DNA of 46,088 bases, from assembly GCA_025357895.1 (NCBI GenBank), contig JANYLL010000266.1, positions 1 to 46,088 on the forward strand. Direction: 5' to 3'. Below the pieces are notes generated by a model that saw only the letters and a program-made list of their open reading frames with translations, made no database searches and was not told the DNA's origin. Positions 1 through 10,052 of the stretch are shown here, one piece after another. This DNA is from Ignavibacteriota bacterium (GTDB taxonomy: Bacteria; Bacteroidota; Ignavibacteria; Palsa-1295). Position 1 is the stretch's first letter, and every line of letters starts with the position of its first letter. A program made the position numbers and the translations under genes.

Positions 1-1
1 T

Positions 2-140
2 GGTAGTGGGTCAGTTTGATTCTGTCATTCCCGCGAAGGCGGGAATCCAAAGGAAAAGTACACATAGAAGCCTGGATTCCCGCCTTCGCGGGAATGACAA
101 TGAGTAGTATCTTACAATTAAATCAAACTGAGCCACTACC
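2..140. repeat. Nested palindromic REP/MITE-like intergenic element
   Basis: The 20-nt terminal inverted repeats are GGTAGTGGGTCAGTTTGATT (2-21) and AATCAAACTGAGCCACTACC (121-140), with 1 mismatch. They enclose a perfect 25-nt inverted pair, GTCATTCCCGCGAAGGCGGGAATCC (24-48) and GGATTCCCGCCTTCGCGGGAATGAC (74-98). Confidence 0.8.
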
Positions 141-211
141 GGGAATATGAACCCTGAACATAGCGAACCCATTCACTGTTTACTGTTAACAATAAACTGT
201 AAACTTGTAAT

Positions 212-1174
212 TTGGCGAAAGCAATTTTAGAATTCGAGAAACCTATTGCCGATCTTCAGGAAAAGATCGCCGAAATGCGCACGTTGGGCGAATCGGTCGA
301 TCTCACTTCTGAGGTTGCGGCGATGGAATCCAAGGTCGAAGAACTACGGCATGAGATATTCGAGAACCTCACTCGCTGGCAGCGCGTGCAGCTTGCAAGA
401 CATCCGGACCGTCCGTATTCTTTGGATTATATCAATGCGCTGACCTCCGATTTTCTCGAACTTCATGGAGATCGCGGTGTGCGTGACGATCCGGCAATCG
501 TCGGCGGCTTCGGAACGCTTGATGGCATCGGAAGCGTGATGTGGGTCGGGCATCAGAAAGGACGCGATACGAAGCAGAATGTATTTCGGAATTTCGGAAT
601 GCCGAATCCTGAAGGGTATAGAAAAGCGTTGCGTCTTTTTAAGCTTGCTGAAAAATTCGGCAAGCCTATTGTCTGTTTTCTCGATACTCCCGGCGCATTT
701 CCCGGTATCGAAGCCGAAGAACGCGGTCAAGCCGAAGCCATTGCCAGAAATCTTTTGGAGATGTCGAAGCTTGAAGTGCCTGTTATCATCTGCGTCATCG
801 GCGAAGGCGCTTCAGGCGGAGCGCTTGGCATCGGAGTCGGCGATAGAATTTTGATGCTGGAAAATGCATGGTACTCGGTGATCTCGCCGGAATCCTGTTC
901 TTCAATTTTGTGGCGTACCTGGAGCTTCAAAGAGCAAGCCGCCGAAGCATTAAAACTTACAGCGCCTGATCTGCTATCGGTCGGCGTCATAGACCGCATC
1001 ATTCCCGAACCGCTCGGCGGAGCACATCAGGCGCCAGAAGTGATGTTCGAAACCATGAAGAATGTATTGACCGAAGAAATTTCTTTGCTCCAAAAGACCG
1101 AGAAATTTTCAGACGGTGAAGCGTTAGATAGGCGCGTTGCAAAATTTGCAAAGATGGGATTCTGGGAGAATTAA
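212..1174 (+). CDS. accA: Acetyl-CoA carboxylase carboxyltransferase subunit alpha
   Basis: 320-aa ORF with a TTG start. It carries AccA hallmarks: [42 protein letters not shown] and [10 protein letters not shown]. Confidence 0.93.
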   Translation: MAKAILEFEKPIADLQEKIAEMRTLGESVDLTSEVAAMESKVEELRHEIFENLTRWQRVQLARHPDRPYSLDYINALTSDFLELHGDRGVRDDPAIVGGFGTLDGIGSVMWVGHQKGRDTKQNVFRNFGMPNPEGYRKALRLFKLAEKFGKPIVCFLDTPGAFPGIEAEERGQAEAIARNLLEMSKLEVPVIICVIGEGASGGALGIGVGDRILMLENAWYSVISPESCSSILWRTWSFKEQAAEALKLTAPDLLSVGVIDRIIPEPLGGAHQAPEVMFETMKNVLTEEISLLQKTEKFSDGEALDRRVAKFAKMGFWEN

Positions 1175-1182
1175 ATACTATC

Positions 1183-1581
1183 TTGGTAACCCACACCACA
1201 ACGCTCCGCGTACGCTATGCCGATACCGACAAAATGGGTATCGTCTATTATGCAAAATATCTGGAATATTTCGAAGTAGCAAGAACGGAAATGCTTCGCT
1301 CTCTTGGATTGCCGTATAGGGAAATCGAAGAAAAAGGTTATGAACTTCCCGTTTCCGAAGCTTCGATAAAATATTATAAAGGTGCAGGATATGATGACGA
1401 ACTGCATATCACGGCAAGCTTAACTCCCAAACATTCGCCAAGGGTTGAGATTCATTATGAAGTGAAAAAAAACAGTGGTGAATTAATAGCAGAAGGTGAT
1501 ACAACACTTGTCTTTATAGACCTCGCAACAGGCAAACCAACCAGAGCACCGCAATTTTATTTGGATGCGATAGGTATATAA
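1183..1581 (+). CDS. Acyl-CoA thioesterase, YbgC/4HBT hot-dog family
   Basis: 132-aa ORF whose N-terminus RVRYADTDKMGIVYYAKYLEYFEVARTE is typical of YbgC-type thioesterases. It starts 9 nt after the accA stop. Confidence 0.85.
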   Translation: MVTHTTTLRVRYADTDKMGIVYYAKYLEYFEVARTEMLRSLGLPYREIEEKGYELPVSEASIKYYKGAGYDDELHITASLTPKHSPRVEIHYEVKKNSGELIAEGDTTLVFIDLATGKPTRAPQFYLDAIGI

Positions 1582-1585
1582 AATA

Positions 1586-3157
1586 TTGATGTATCAAAAA
1601 ATCTCATATTTGCTTTTTTTCTTGACTGCCCTGGCATTGCCGGTGAGGGGTCAAGAGACGTTTGAGAAAAGTATCCGAATGGGTTTTTCAAGCACGAGTA
1701 GTTCCGTAACTGAGACTACGAATGGCGATTTTATCGTCGGGTGTCGCGTGAACAGAACGAACGCAATTGATGGGTATATCCGACCTGTAATAATAAAAGT
1801 TGATAAAAAGGGAAACATCCTCTGGTCACTAACTTTGCCTGTGGATAATGGTTTTGTGGATGCAGTAGCAGCAACATTCGATGGGGGATGTTTTATTACC
1901 TGCGAATCTCCTTCTGATGATGGTTCAAGTTATTCAGCGCTAATAAAAATTGATAGTGGCGGTCATATACTTTGGAAAGATTATTTTACCGATATCGGAT
2001 TGTGGGGAATATCAAAAATTATTGTTCGTCGTGACGGTGGTTGTACCTTAGGCGTAACGGTATTTCCAATGGCGCAAACGGGCGGCATACTGTGGATTGA
2101 TTCGAATGGAAAGGTCCAATCTATCGCACAACTGCATACTGATACAACCAGGTATGCACAAATCAACTCTATTGCTGAAATAAATGATGGCAGTATTATT
2201 TGTTTAGCAGAAGTAGTTCACAATAATGTTTCTGAGCATTCGGGAATAATGAAGTTTTCTAAAGTAGGAAAACTAATATGGGAGAAGAAGATGAATAAGG
2301 GTATTAGTTTGAGAGGAATTGAAAAAACCTACACTGGAGGGTTTGCTGTCTGTGGTTATTTGAAACCAAATAAACTGAGTGCTGATGACGCCTATATTGG
2401 GAAATTTGATTCTATAGGAAATTTTCTTTGGGGAATTTCTATTAATGCATTCGATCATGAGGGTCTGAATTCAATAGTAGAAACATTAAATGGTGATCTT
2501 ATCGCCGGCGGTATAAGAGGAGCCAATTCATTTATTGCCAATGTAGATGAGAATGGAGTGGTTCGCACTATCAAAGAAATATCCATTCCAAACAAAGATT
2601 CACGTGCCGATGTGCTTATTAAAACATCAGATCGAAGATTTGTTTTTACCGGATATCTAAACGATACAGGAGCTTTTCTTCTCTTTAAGTTAGATTCGAA
2701 TCTTACTGGATGCCATACTCATAATATCCTTTATAATGTTCAATCTATTGAAAAGCCCACTGACACTATTTTATTTTTTACTACCAATGACACAATTAAT
2801 TATGAATCCGGTCTTGTTGGCAACGGCGATAGCGTCGCATACAAGGAAACCGATCTCTGCAATATCACTTCTGTTGCGCCGCTAATTTCTGAAAAAGAAA
2901 ATATCCTTCTCTTTCCCAATCCCATTACTTCTCAAGAGCCACTTACAATCTCAATAGATGGTTTGTTTCCCGCAGGAATCTATACTCTTTCACTTCGCGA
3001 TCTTCTCGGCAAAGAAATAAAGTATGAAAAAATAAATCTCACCGGAAGAAAGCAGGATATTCTTTTTGATATGCATGAATGTGCGGCAGGAATTTATTTT
3101 ATTGAATTAGAAAATGAGAAGGAAGTTGTTGCAAAGGCGAAGGTGGTGAAGGAATAG
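1586..3157 (+). CDS. Secreted repeat protein (beta-propeller-like) with T9SS C-terminal sorting domain
   Basis: It has an N-terminal signal peptide (LLFFLTALALPVRGQ). A motif of about 55 aa recurs (GNILWSL, GHILWKD, GKLIWEK, GNFLWGI). The C-terminus, LLFPNPITSQ...GIYFIELENE..., resembles a Por secretion tail. Confidence 0.75.
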   Translation: MMYQKISYLLFFLTALALPVRGQETFEKSIRMGFSSTSSSVTETTNGDFIVGCRVNRTNAIDGYIRPVIIKVDKKGNILWSLTLPVDNGFVDAVAATFDGGCFITCESPSDDGSSYSALIKIDSGGHILWKDYFTDIGLWGISKIIVRRDGGCTLGVTVFPMAQTGGILWIDSNGKVQSIAQLHTDTTRYAQINSIAEINDGSIICLAEVVHNNVSEHSGIMKFSKVGKLIWEKKMNKGISLRGIEKTYTGGFAVCGYLKPNKLSADDAYIGKFDSIGNFLWGISINAFDHEGLNSIVETLNGDLIAGGIRGANSFIANVDENGVVRTIKEISIPNKDSRADVLIKTSDRRFVFTGYLNDTGAFLLFKLDSNLTGCHTHNILYNVQSIEKPTDTILFFTTNDTINYESGLVGNGDSVAYKETDLCNITSVAPLISEKENILLFPNPITSQEPLTISIDGLFPAGIYTLSLRDLLGKEIKYEKINLTGRKQDILFDMHECAAGIYFIELENEKEVVAKAKVVKE

Positions 3158-3226
3158 AATATTCTTTAGCAAGCTGTTTTCAAGGATTTCAGAACGTTTA
3201 CATATTCTTTAAGCGTTATAAATTTA

Positions 3227-3514
3227 ATGCGATTCGAATGGGATCCGAAAAAGGAATCAATAAATAGAGGAAAGCACGCCGTTAGTTTTGCTGAGGCATC
3301 TACGACCTTTGATGATCCGAATGGCTCGATTTTCGATGATCCAAAGCATTCTATCGCAGAGCACCGCGAGATAATTGTCGGTACTTCTTTTCTTGGAAGA
3401 GTTTTACTGACATCATTTACAGAGCGCAACGATTCTATCAGGATCATCAGCGCACGACTTGCAAATAAGAAAGAAAGAATGGATTATGAAGAGTATCAGA
3501 AAAACAATCATTAA
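3227..3514 (+). CDS. brnT: BrnT-family (DUF497) ribonuclease toxin
   Basis: The 95-aa product has FEWDPKKESINRGKHAVSFAEASTTFDDP ... IRIISARLANKKERMDYEE, which matches the BrnT consensus. Confidence 0.85.
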   Translation: MRFEWDPKKESINRGKHAVSFAEASTTFDDPNGSIFDDPKHSIAEHREIIVGTSFLGRVLLTSFTERNDSIRIISARLANKKERMDYEEYQKNNH

Positions 3515-3728
3515 GCCGAAAAATAATGATGAACTTGCTGCACATTATGATTTCGATTATTCGAAAGCAAAACTGAATAGATTTGCCAAACTGCAAAAAG
3601 ATCAGATGATAGTATTATTGGATAAAGAATTTACAAGCATTTTCAGAACACCGGAAGAAGTGATGAACGCATTGCGCTCACTCATTCGAGCATTTCCTAC
3701 CAGAAAAAGCAGAGCTTCCAAAATTTAG
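3486..3728 (+). CDS. brnA: BrnA-like antitoxin
   Basis: A small ORF overlaps the 3' end of brnT. It contains the YDFDYSKAKLNRFAK motif typical of BrnT partner antitoxins. The start is ambiguous between ATG 3459 and ATG 3486. Confidence 0.65.
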   Translation: MKSIRKTIIKPKNNDELAAHYDFDYSKAKLNRFAKLQKDQMIVLLDKEFTSIFRTPEEVMNALRSLIRAFPTRKSRASKI

Positions 3729-3746
3729 GTTTATTAAATCAATTGT

Positions 3747-3953
3747 ATGCAAGTAGGAGATAAAAATTACGAGATTCTCATTCGCCGCAGGGGCGAGACG
3801 GGCTATGCGGCATTTTGCCCAGAGCTTGAGCTTATTGTCAATGGTACGGCTCATGAGCAAGTCGAGAATAAAATGAAGGAGCTTATTTTGGAGCATGTTG
3901 CTAAAGATCAGGCAGCAAAAGGAGGATCGAAACTGGAAGAGACGAAGGCATAG
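3747..3953 (+). CDS. HicB-like (UPF0150) antitoxin-fold protein with no adjacent HicA
   Basis: The 68-aa product has YEILIRRRGETGYAAFCPELELIVNGTAHEQVENKMKELILEH, which fits the HicB-like N-terminal fold pattern. Confidence 0.55.
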   Translation: MQVGDKNYEILIRRRGETGYAAFCPELELIVNGTAHEQVENKMKELILEHVAKDQAAKGGSKLEETKA

Positions 3954-3972
3954 CCCTTCCCCGACACATTAC

Positions 3973-6522
3973 ATGCCTTCACGATTCGCTACCGTCGCGC
4001 TTCCCCTTCATTTTAAGTACCATTCCGGAGGGCTTGACGGCTTAACGTATTCGATTCCCGATGAACTTTCGAGTCGTGCGCTTATCGGTAGCAGAGTTTC
4101 TGTTCCTCTTGGGAAGCGGCATACGACGGGGATTCTTGTCGGGCTATCGGATAAGGCACCGCAGGATATTTCACATATTCGTCCGATTGCTGATATTCTT
4201 GATGCGACTCCTGTCTTCGATGAAAAATTTTTAGAGTGGACAAAATGGATCGCCTCGTATTACCTAACTTCATGGGGTGAAGTTCTTGAAGCGGCTCTTC
4301 CGCAAGGATTAAAACCTGAGACAAAAAGTAAAGTAATTGTTATCGCTGAAGATCTTGATTATGAGGTTGCAAAATTAAACAAACGATCTCCGAAACGTGC
4401 GGAGATCCTGCAAAAAATTTCTGAATATCCGAACGGCGTTCTCATTTCGCATTTTGCAAAACGCTCAAAGCTTAAAGGAGTTTATGCTCATATCAATGCT
4501 CTCGAAGCTGAGAGATTGCTTCGCATTGAACAACCTGTTAACAACTTTACAAAACCTAAAACTCATCGTGTAGTAAAACTTTCTTACGAACTTGAAAATG
4601 ATACCGATGCATTATCGAATGCATTGATGGAACTCGAGCGATCCCAAAAGCAGGCTGCTGTTCTTTTAAAATTAATGCAGCAAAAACAACTTCATCCCGA
4701 TGAACCTCTTACCCTTGAACTTTTAAAAAAATCAGCTGAAGTTTCCGGAGCAACGATCACTGCTTTGCAGAAGCGGGGTTTTATCCGGTTCGAGAATCAG
4801 GAGATCATTCAGGAAAATATTCGCAAGGCACCGACAACGGAAAATGATATTGCGAATCTTTCTTTCACTTCGGAGCAGCAACAAGCCGTTGAGCAAATCG
4901 AAAGCGCTTATAGAAATTCCGAAGCGAAAACTTTTTTATTGCATGGAATAACAGGTTCGGGAAAAACGGAAGTTTATATTTCGCTTGCGAAAAAAGTTTT
5001 GGATTCAGGGCATGGAGTTTTAATTCTTGTTCCGGAAATTTCTTTGACTCCACAGTTGATCGAGCGCTTCGAGAAGCGGCTTAGCACCGATAAATATACA
5101 AAGATCGCAGTTTTGCATTCGCGGATGTCGCTTGCCGAGAGATATAATTCCTGGAAGACCCTTGCAAGCGGCGAGACGAAAATCGCGATCGGTGCCAGAA
5201 GCGCAGTCTTCGCGCCGATCCATGATCTTAAACTTATCATCGTTGATGAAGAACATGAGATCACCTATAAGCAATACGATCAGACGCCGCGATATAATGC
5301 ACGTGATGCGGCAATAGTCAGGGCGCATTCACTTGGCGGAGTTGCAGTACTTGGCAGTGCAACGCCTTCGATCGAAAGTTATTATAATGCAAAGCAGGGA
5401 AAATATGCGCTGATCAAATTAACGAAGCGTGCACTGGATGCAAAGCTCCCGACGGTTCGGACCATCGATATGCGAAAACCGCTGATGCGCAAAGAGCAGA
5501 TGGCTAAACAGAATTCACTTTCGGATGAATTAAAAAAAGCTATCGAAGAAAGATTTCTTAAACGTCAGGGTACTGTACTATTGCAGAACCGACGCGGCTT
5601 CTCGACCTATCTCGGCTGCTCGGATTGCGGTGATGTGATCATGTGTCCGAATTGCGCAGTGACGATGACGTGGCATCAAGTCGGAAATAATATGCGCTGC
5701 CACTATTGCGGCTTCACCACTGCGAAAAATCAGAGCTGCCCGACTTGCGGCAGCGAAAAACTTTTTCTTGGCGGCATCGGTACTCAGCGTGTTGAAGAGG
5801 AATTGAAAGAAGCATATCCGATGATACGCATTGCGCGAATGGATATGGATACGACGGCAAAGCGCGGAGCGTATGAAAAAATCCTGACTGCTTTTGCTAA
5901 AGGTGAAACCGATATATTACTTGGCACGCAGATGGTTGCCAAGGGTTTGGATTTTCCTCGCGTTACATTAGTCGGAGTAATAAATGCCGATACAAGTTTA
6001 TGCCTTCCGGATTTCAGATCTGCAGAACGAACCTTTCAATTATTAACGCAAGTCTCAGGCCGCGCAGGACGCACCGAAGAACTTGCCGGAGAAGTTTTAA
6101 TTCAAACGCTGCAACCCGAACATCCTGCAATACAAAAAGTGATCTCTCATGATTACGATTCATTTTATGATGAGGAAATTCTTTTGCGTAAAGAAATGAA
6201 TTACCCTCCCTATTCAAGATTAGTGTTGATCGAATTTCGTGGTAAACGTGAGCAAGGTGTTCGGGAAGCAGTATTCGCCTTTTCGACATTACTTCCGAAA
6301 AATGCATCGTTCTACGAACTGCTCGGACCTTCAGAGCCGACAATAAAAAAGCTCCGCAATGAATTTCGCTGGCATATTATCATAAAAGATAAACGCAACA
6401 TGGATCCCAGCGGTGAAAAGATCAGAAGGTTACTAACAGGCGCAATGGATCTCTATCAAAAGAAGTATGCCAATACCACTGTGACTGTGACGATCGATGT
6501 TGATGTGCAGGGAGTGCTATAA
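3973..6522 (+). CDS. priA: Primosomal protein N' (replication restart helicase PriA)
   Basis: It has Walker A GITGSGKTEVY, a DEEH box, and the Cys-rich zinc region CSDCGDVIMCPNCAVTMTWH...CHYCG...CPTCGS. I start it at ATG 3973 (MPSRFATVALP) rather than the track start 3895, which overlaps the upstream gene. Confidence 0.92.
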   Translation: MPSRFATVALPLHFKYHSGGLDGLTYSIPDELSSRALIGSRVSVPLGKRHTTGILVGLSDKAPQDISHIRPIADILDATPVFDEKFLEWTKWIASYYLTSWGEVLEAALPQGLKPETKSKVIVIAEDLDYEVAKLNKRSPKRAEILQKISEYPNGVLISHFAKRSKLKGVYAHINALEAERLLRIEQPVNNFTKPKTHRVVKLSYELENDTDALSNALMELERSQKQAAVLLKLMQQKQLHPDEPLTLELLKKSAEVSGATITALQKRGFIRFENQEIIQENIRKAPTTENDIANLSFTSEQQQAVEQIESAYRNSEAKTFLLHGITGSGKTEVYISLAKKVLDSGHGVLILVPEISLTPQLIERFEKRLSTDKYTKIAVLHSRMSLAERYNSWKTLASGETKIAIGARSAVFAPIHDLKLIIVDEEHEITYKQYDQTPRYNARDAAIVRAHSLGGVAVLGSATPSIESYYNAKQGKYALIKLTKRALDAKLPTVRTIDMRKPLMRKEQMAKQNSLSDELKKAIEERFLKRQGTVLLQNRRGFSTYLGCSDCGDVIMCPNCAVTMTWHQVGNNMRCHYCGFTTAKNQSCPTCGSEKLFLGGIGTQRVEEELKEAYPMIRIARMDMDTTAKRGAYEKILTAFAKGETDILLGTQMVAKGLDFPRVTLVGVINADTSLCLPDFRSAERTFQLLTQVSGRAGRTEELAGEVLIQTLQPEHPAIQKVISHDYDSFYDEEILLRKEMNYPPYSRLVLIEFRGKREQGVREAVFAFSTLLPKNASFYELLGPSEPTIKKLRNEFRWHIIIKDKRNMDPSGEKIRRLLTGAMDLYQKKYANTTVTVTIDVDVQGVL

Positions 6523-6530
6523 AACTTAAA

Positions 6531-6570
6531 GCCCGCGACTGAGTAGAATATTCTTCACTCTGTTGCGGGC
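6531..6570. terminator. Long imperfect hairpin between convergent priA and the hydrolase gene
   Basis: The stem is closed by GCCCGC ... GCGGGC, with inner GAGTAGAA/TTCTTCACTC pairing. There is no clear U-tract. Confidence 0.35.
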
Positions 6571-6693
6571 ATTAAGGGCTTCGTTATGTGCTTCGAAAGA
6601 ATGTTATTCTTTCTTCTATATAAATCTACGAAATTGACGAAGAAAAAGTTTCATTTACAGAAAAATATTTCCTGATTGTCATACGATAATCCC

Positions 6694-7497
6694 TCAACTT
6701 TTCAGAAAATCCAATAGTATCTTATTGAATTCTTCCGGTTTATCTATATTTGAAATATGCCCCGCACCTTCAATATCAATATGCTTAGCATCAGGAATAT
6801 TCGCAGCTAATTCTTCAGAAAGCTTTGTAGGAGTGATCGTATCGAGCGAACCCGATATTATTAGAGTAGGATTTTTTATTTTTGAAAGGGTACTGCGATA
6901 ATCCGGACTCCATGTTGCCTGCCATGAAGCAAGATAGGCTTCGGGATCTTTGCGAGCCATTGCATATATAGCTTCCGCAAGTGTCATAGAATCTATATCA
7001 GATCGCAAGGCAAGCGGAATTCGCTCATTTGCAAAATCGGGAAGCGATTTAGTTTTTAAGGAAGCCGCAGCTCTTGGAAGGATCTCATCTCTATTAGGAT
7101 GATAAGAAAAGGTATTGCAAAGAGCTATTGTATTCAGGGATTCAAGGTCCTGGCTTAATGCTTCAAGTATTATTACACCACCCATGGAATTCCCCACCCA
7201 ATGCGCTTTGTCATAACCTAACTCACGAATTACTACATCAACATCTAAAGCAAATTCTCTGAGTGAAATCGGAAGGAGTTTACCGTCTGTATCTCTGGCA
7301 TCAGAATCTCCGGAGCCTCGCATATCAAGAGCGATCACAGAATAACCATTGTCATGGAAAAAAGGAAGTTGGTATTTCCATGCCGTACGGTCAGCACCGA
7401 CTCCGTGGATGAAGACGATGAGATCGCCATCACCTTTCAGATAATCGGCCGCGATGTTTATTCCTCTTACAAATATTTTTTGCATTTTGAATTGCAT
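6694..7497 (-). CDS. Alpha/beta-fold hydrolase
   Basis: 267 aa with HGVGADRTAW (oxyanion region) and the nucleophile elbow GNSMGG. The C-terminal GAGHISNIDKPEEF is typical of the family. Confidence 0.85.
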   Translation of the reverse strand: MQFKMQKIFVRGINIAADYLKGDGDLIVFIHGVGADRTAWKYQLPFFHDNGYSVIALDMRGSGDSDARDTDGKLLPISLREFALDVDVVIRELGYDKAHWVGNSMGGVIILEALSQDLESLNTIALCNTFSYHPNRDEILPRAAASLKTKSLPDFANERIPLALRSDIDSMTLAEAIYAMARKDPEAYLASWQATWSPDYRSTLSKIKNPTLIISGSLDTITPTKLSEELAANIPDAKHIDIEGAGHISNIDKPEEFNKILLDFLKS

Positions 7498-7499
7498 TC

Positions 7500-7545
7500 C
7501 ATTCCGAAGGAATGAAATTATTTAGCCCAGGACGTAAGTCCTGGG
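7500..7545. repeat. Two short intergenic hairpins
   Basis: The first is CATTCC-GAA-GGAATG (7500-7514). The second is CCCAGGAC-GTAA-GTCCTGGG (7526-7545). They lie between the OmpA-family gene stop and the hydrolase start. Confidence 0.6.
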
Positions 7546-7557
7546 AGGTGCGAAAGG

Positions 7558-9402
7558 TTACTGCGAATACGCCGAGATCACCATTTCAACTCTTCGATTT
7601 TTTGCACGGGATTCTTCGTCTGATCCTTTTTTCAGCGGCTTTGTTTTTCCAAACCCTTTTGCCGTCATTCTATCGGCGCGGATACCATGGGAAGAAAGAT
7701 AACTCATCACGCTTGTAGCGCGTGCAAGGCTGAGAGAATTATTGGCCGCGTCGCTTCCAACATCATCGGTATGCCCATCAATTTCTACCGATGCATTCTT
7801 GCTTTTCTTCAAGAAGTCCACTGCACGGTCAAGCTCTAAGCGGCTTTCCGGCAGCAGATCAGATTTTCCGAAATCGAAATACACATTTTTAAATTCCGTC
7901 GCTGCTCCGACTTCAATTGCAGCAAGTTGGAAATCAAGTTTACTGCGGTTGAATTTTCCTGTTGCCGGATAAGCAAAACGTTCTGATTTCGGAAGATGCC
8001 CGTCAGCGACCGCTTGCAAACCGTAACGATGTCCGCGCTGTATAGCAAGAAGATAAACACCGCTATCATTGCAATAGACGCTGAAGGAATTTTTCGCTTC
8101 GTCAAGCTCATCAACAAAAACTTTGGCTCGAAGAGGTTTACCTGTTGTTTGATCGGTAACGATACCGCGAAGTAAGCTTACGGGCTTTGGAAGAAATGTC
8201 GAATCCTGTGAGCGCAGGCGAACCTGATAAAATTTTGATTTGCCTGTTCGGTTCGAGACAAAATATGCAGTTTGTCCGTCAGAAGTTATGGTCAGTCCGT
8301 AATCTCCGGCAGTAGAATTTATCGGATACGGTAAGGGTACCGGTTTTGTATATCCTGTATCGGTAATTCGCGTCATATAAATATCATCATTGCCCTGTAC
8401 ATTCGGAGAGCAATTTGGGCAAGGGCGATTACTGGAGAAATACACCGTTCGTCCATCAGCAGCTACGAAGGGATATGACTCTGAATATGGGGAATTTATT
8501 GTTTGCGACATATATAAAACGGTATCCCAATTCCCGTTTGCACTGATCTTCAGAAGCCAGAGATCATCGTCTCCTTGTCCACCAAATCCATATCCATCAG
8601 CTCCGCCCCTGCCTAAATTTTCACTGAAGACTACCATTTGCCCATCGGGAGAAAATGAAGATTCAAATCGTGTCCAGCCCTGATAAAATTTTACTGCTCC
8701 ATCATCTCTTAGATATTTCATGAGTCGCTCACGATAGTATACATCTCTAGTTTCCGGCGCTCTCTGGAATAATTCTGCAAGCGATGAATCACTGTTAAGC
8801 TCTTTGATGATCTTTTGCTGAAGACCGTATTGAAATTGAAGATGAGTATTTTGTAACCTTGCATATATTTCCTGTATCTGTCCGGGAATGGGTTCAGGTT
8901 TTTGCAGCGAACCATTAATAAATTTCGAACGCATGACTGCACCGCCATTTACAAAAACAATTTCATCACCACTCGGACTAATGGTAGGATTATTCTGATC
9001 TGCGCCATTATTTATTTGCGGTCCGGCATTAATGGGAATTGACCATCCCGTATCGGTAAAGACACGGTAATAAATATCGCCATCCCATCCGAAATATCCA
9101 CCCTGACGAACTCGCCACGATTCTCCCGGCATAGGCGGACGGCGGGAGCCGAAGACCATAATGCTTCCGTCAAGACTGAACATAGGCCGATCATCAGCCG
9201 AATCAGCAAGCGGAAGTTTAACTTCAGTAACAATAAGCGAATCGGTTTGCGTTAATGCATTTCCGATTGAATTGAATGTTGCAGTAGAGTCTATCTCTTT
9301 TTTCTTCGGCTTCTTTTTTTGTGAATAGGCATCACTTGAAACCACCAAAAGACCGCTAAAAGCGGCAAAAAAGAGCAGACGGAATGCGATGGAACGGTAC
9401 AA
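7558..9402 (-). CDS. OmpA-family protein with TolB-like PD40 beta-propeller repeats
   Basis: It has a signal peptide and repeated S(P)DG..(V/Y)F(S/V)SNR motifs. The C-terminal OmpA domain reads NVYFDFGKSDL...IDGHTDDVGSDAANNSLSLARA...NRRVE. Confidence 0.88.
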   Translation of the reverse strand: MYRSIAFRLLFFAAFSGLLVVSSDAYSQKKKPKKKEIDSTATFNSIGNALTQTDSLIVTEVKLPLADSADDRPMFSLDGSIMVFGSRRPPMPGESWRVRQGGYFGWDGDIYYRVFTDTGWSIPINAGPQINNGADQNNPTISPSGDEIVFVNGGAVMRSKFINGSLQKPEPIPGQIQEIYARLQNTHLQFQYGLQQKIIKELNSDSSLAELFQRAPETRDVYYRERLMKYLRDDGAVKFYQGWTRFESSFSPDGQMVVFSENLGRGGADGYGFGGQGDDDLWLLKISANGNWDTVLYMSQTINSPYSESYPFVAADGRTVYFSSNRPCPNCSPNVQGNDDIYMTRITDTGYTKPVPLPYPINSTAGDYGLTITSDGQTAYFVSNRTGKSKFYQVRLRSQDSTFLPKPVSLLRGIVTDQTTGKPLRAKVFVDELDEAKNSFSVYCNDSGVYLLAIQRGHRYGLQAVADGHLPKSERFAYPATGKFNRSKLDFQLAAIEVGAATEFKNVYFDFGKSDLLPESRLELDRAVDFLKKSKNASVEIDGHTDDVGSDAANNSLSLARATSVMSYLSSHGIRADRMTAKGFGKTKPLKKGSDEESRAKNRRVEMVISAYSQ

Positions 9403-9482
9403 GGCTATATTTATGTAATTTAGTGCGGGTTATAACGGGGGTTCGGGGGATCGGGTTTCGGCTTTCGGAAAATACGCTAATT

Positions 9483-10052
9483 ATGCAAAAAATACTATCA
9501 CAACCGCCAACAATTGAAACAGCAAGGCTTACTCTTCGTCCACTGACCATGACAGACGATGGGGCGATCTATGCCTATTGCTCTGACCCTGAAGTTTCAA
9601 AGTATGTATTGTTCGAAACTCATAAAACTATTGAGGATAGCCGCGTATTCCTAAGATTGGTATTAGCTGAATATGCTGAAGGCAAACCTTCTGTTCTTGG
9701 CATAGAATTGAAAGAAAACGGCAAATTTATAGGCACGATCGGGTATTTGAATTGGAATGATGACCATAAAAGAATCGAAATAGGCTACGCAATTTCCCGT
9801 ACTTTTTGGAATAAAGGTTATGTTACAGAAGCAGTGAAAGGTTTGATCAATCATTTATTTACAAATTCCGATCTAATAAGAATCGAAGCACGTTGCAAAG
9901 TTGAAAATATCGGAAGCTCTCGCGTGATGGAAAAAGCCGGAATGAAATTTGAAGGCGTACTTCGCAAGCAGGTATTTTCAAAAGGCGCGCATCACGATAT
10001 GAAAATGTATTCTATATTACGCGATGACTGGGAAAGAAAAAATAATCATTAA
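9483..10052 (+). CDS. GNAT N-acetyltransferase (RimJ/RimL-like)
   Basis: TARLTLRPLTMTDD at the N-terminus, plus IGY...WNKGYVTEA and ENIGSSRVMEKAGMKFEG. I chose the start at ATG 9483, because the track start 9384 overlaps the divergent gene. Confidence 0.85.
   Translation: MQKILSQPPTIETARLTLRPLTMTDDGAIYAYCSDPEVSKYVLFETHKTIEDSRVFLRLVLAEYAEGKPSVLGIELKENGKFIGTIGYLNWNDDHKRIEIGYAISRTFWNKGYVTEAVKGLINHLFTNSDLIRIEARCKVENIGSSRVMEKAGMKFEGVLRKQVFSKGAHHDMKMYSILRDDWERKNNH

Noticed and set aside
3895-3972. An N-terminal extension of priA (MLLKIRQQKEDRNWKRRRHSPSPTHY) given by the longest ORF.
   Set aside because: It overlaps the 3' end of the HicB-like gene, is basic low-complexity sequence, and precedes a Met (3973) that begins a typical PriA N-terminus.
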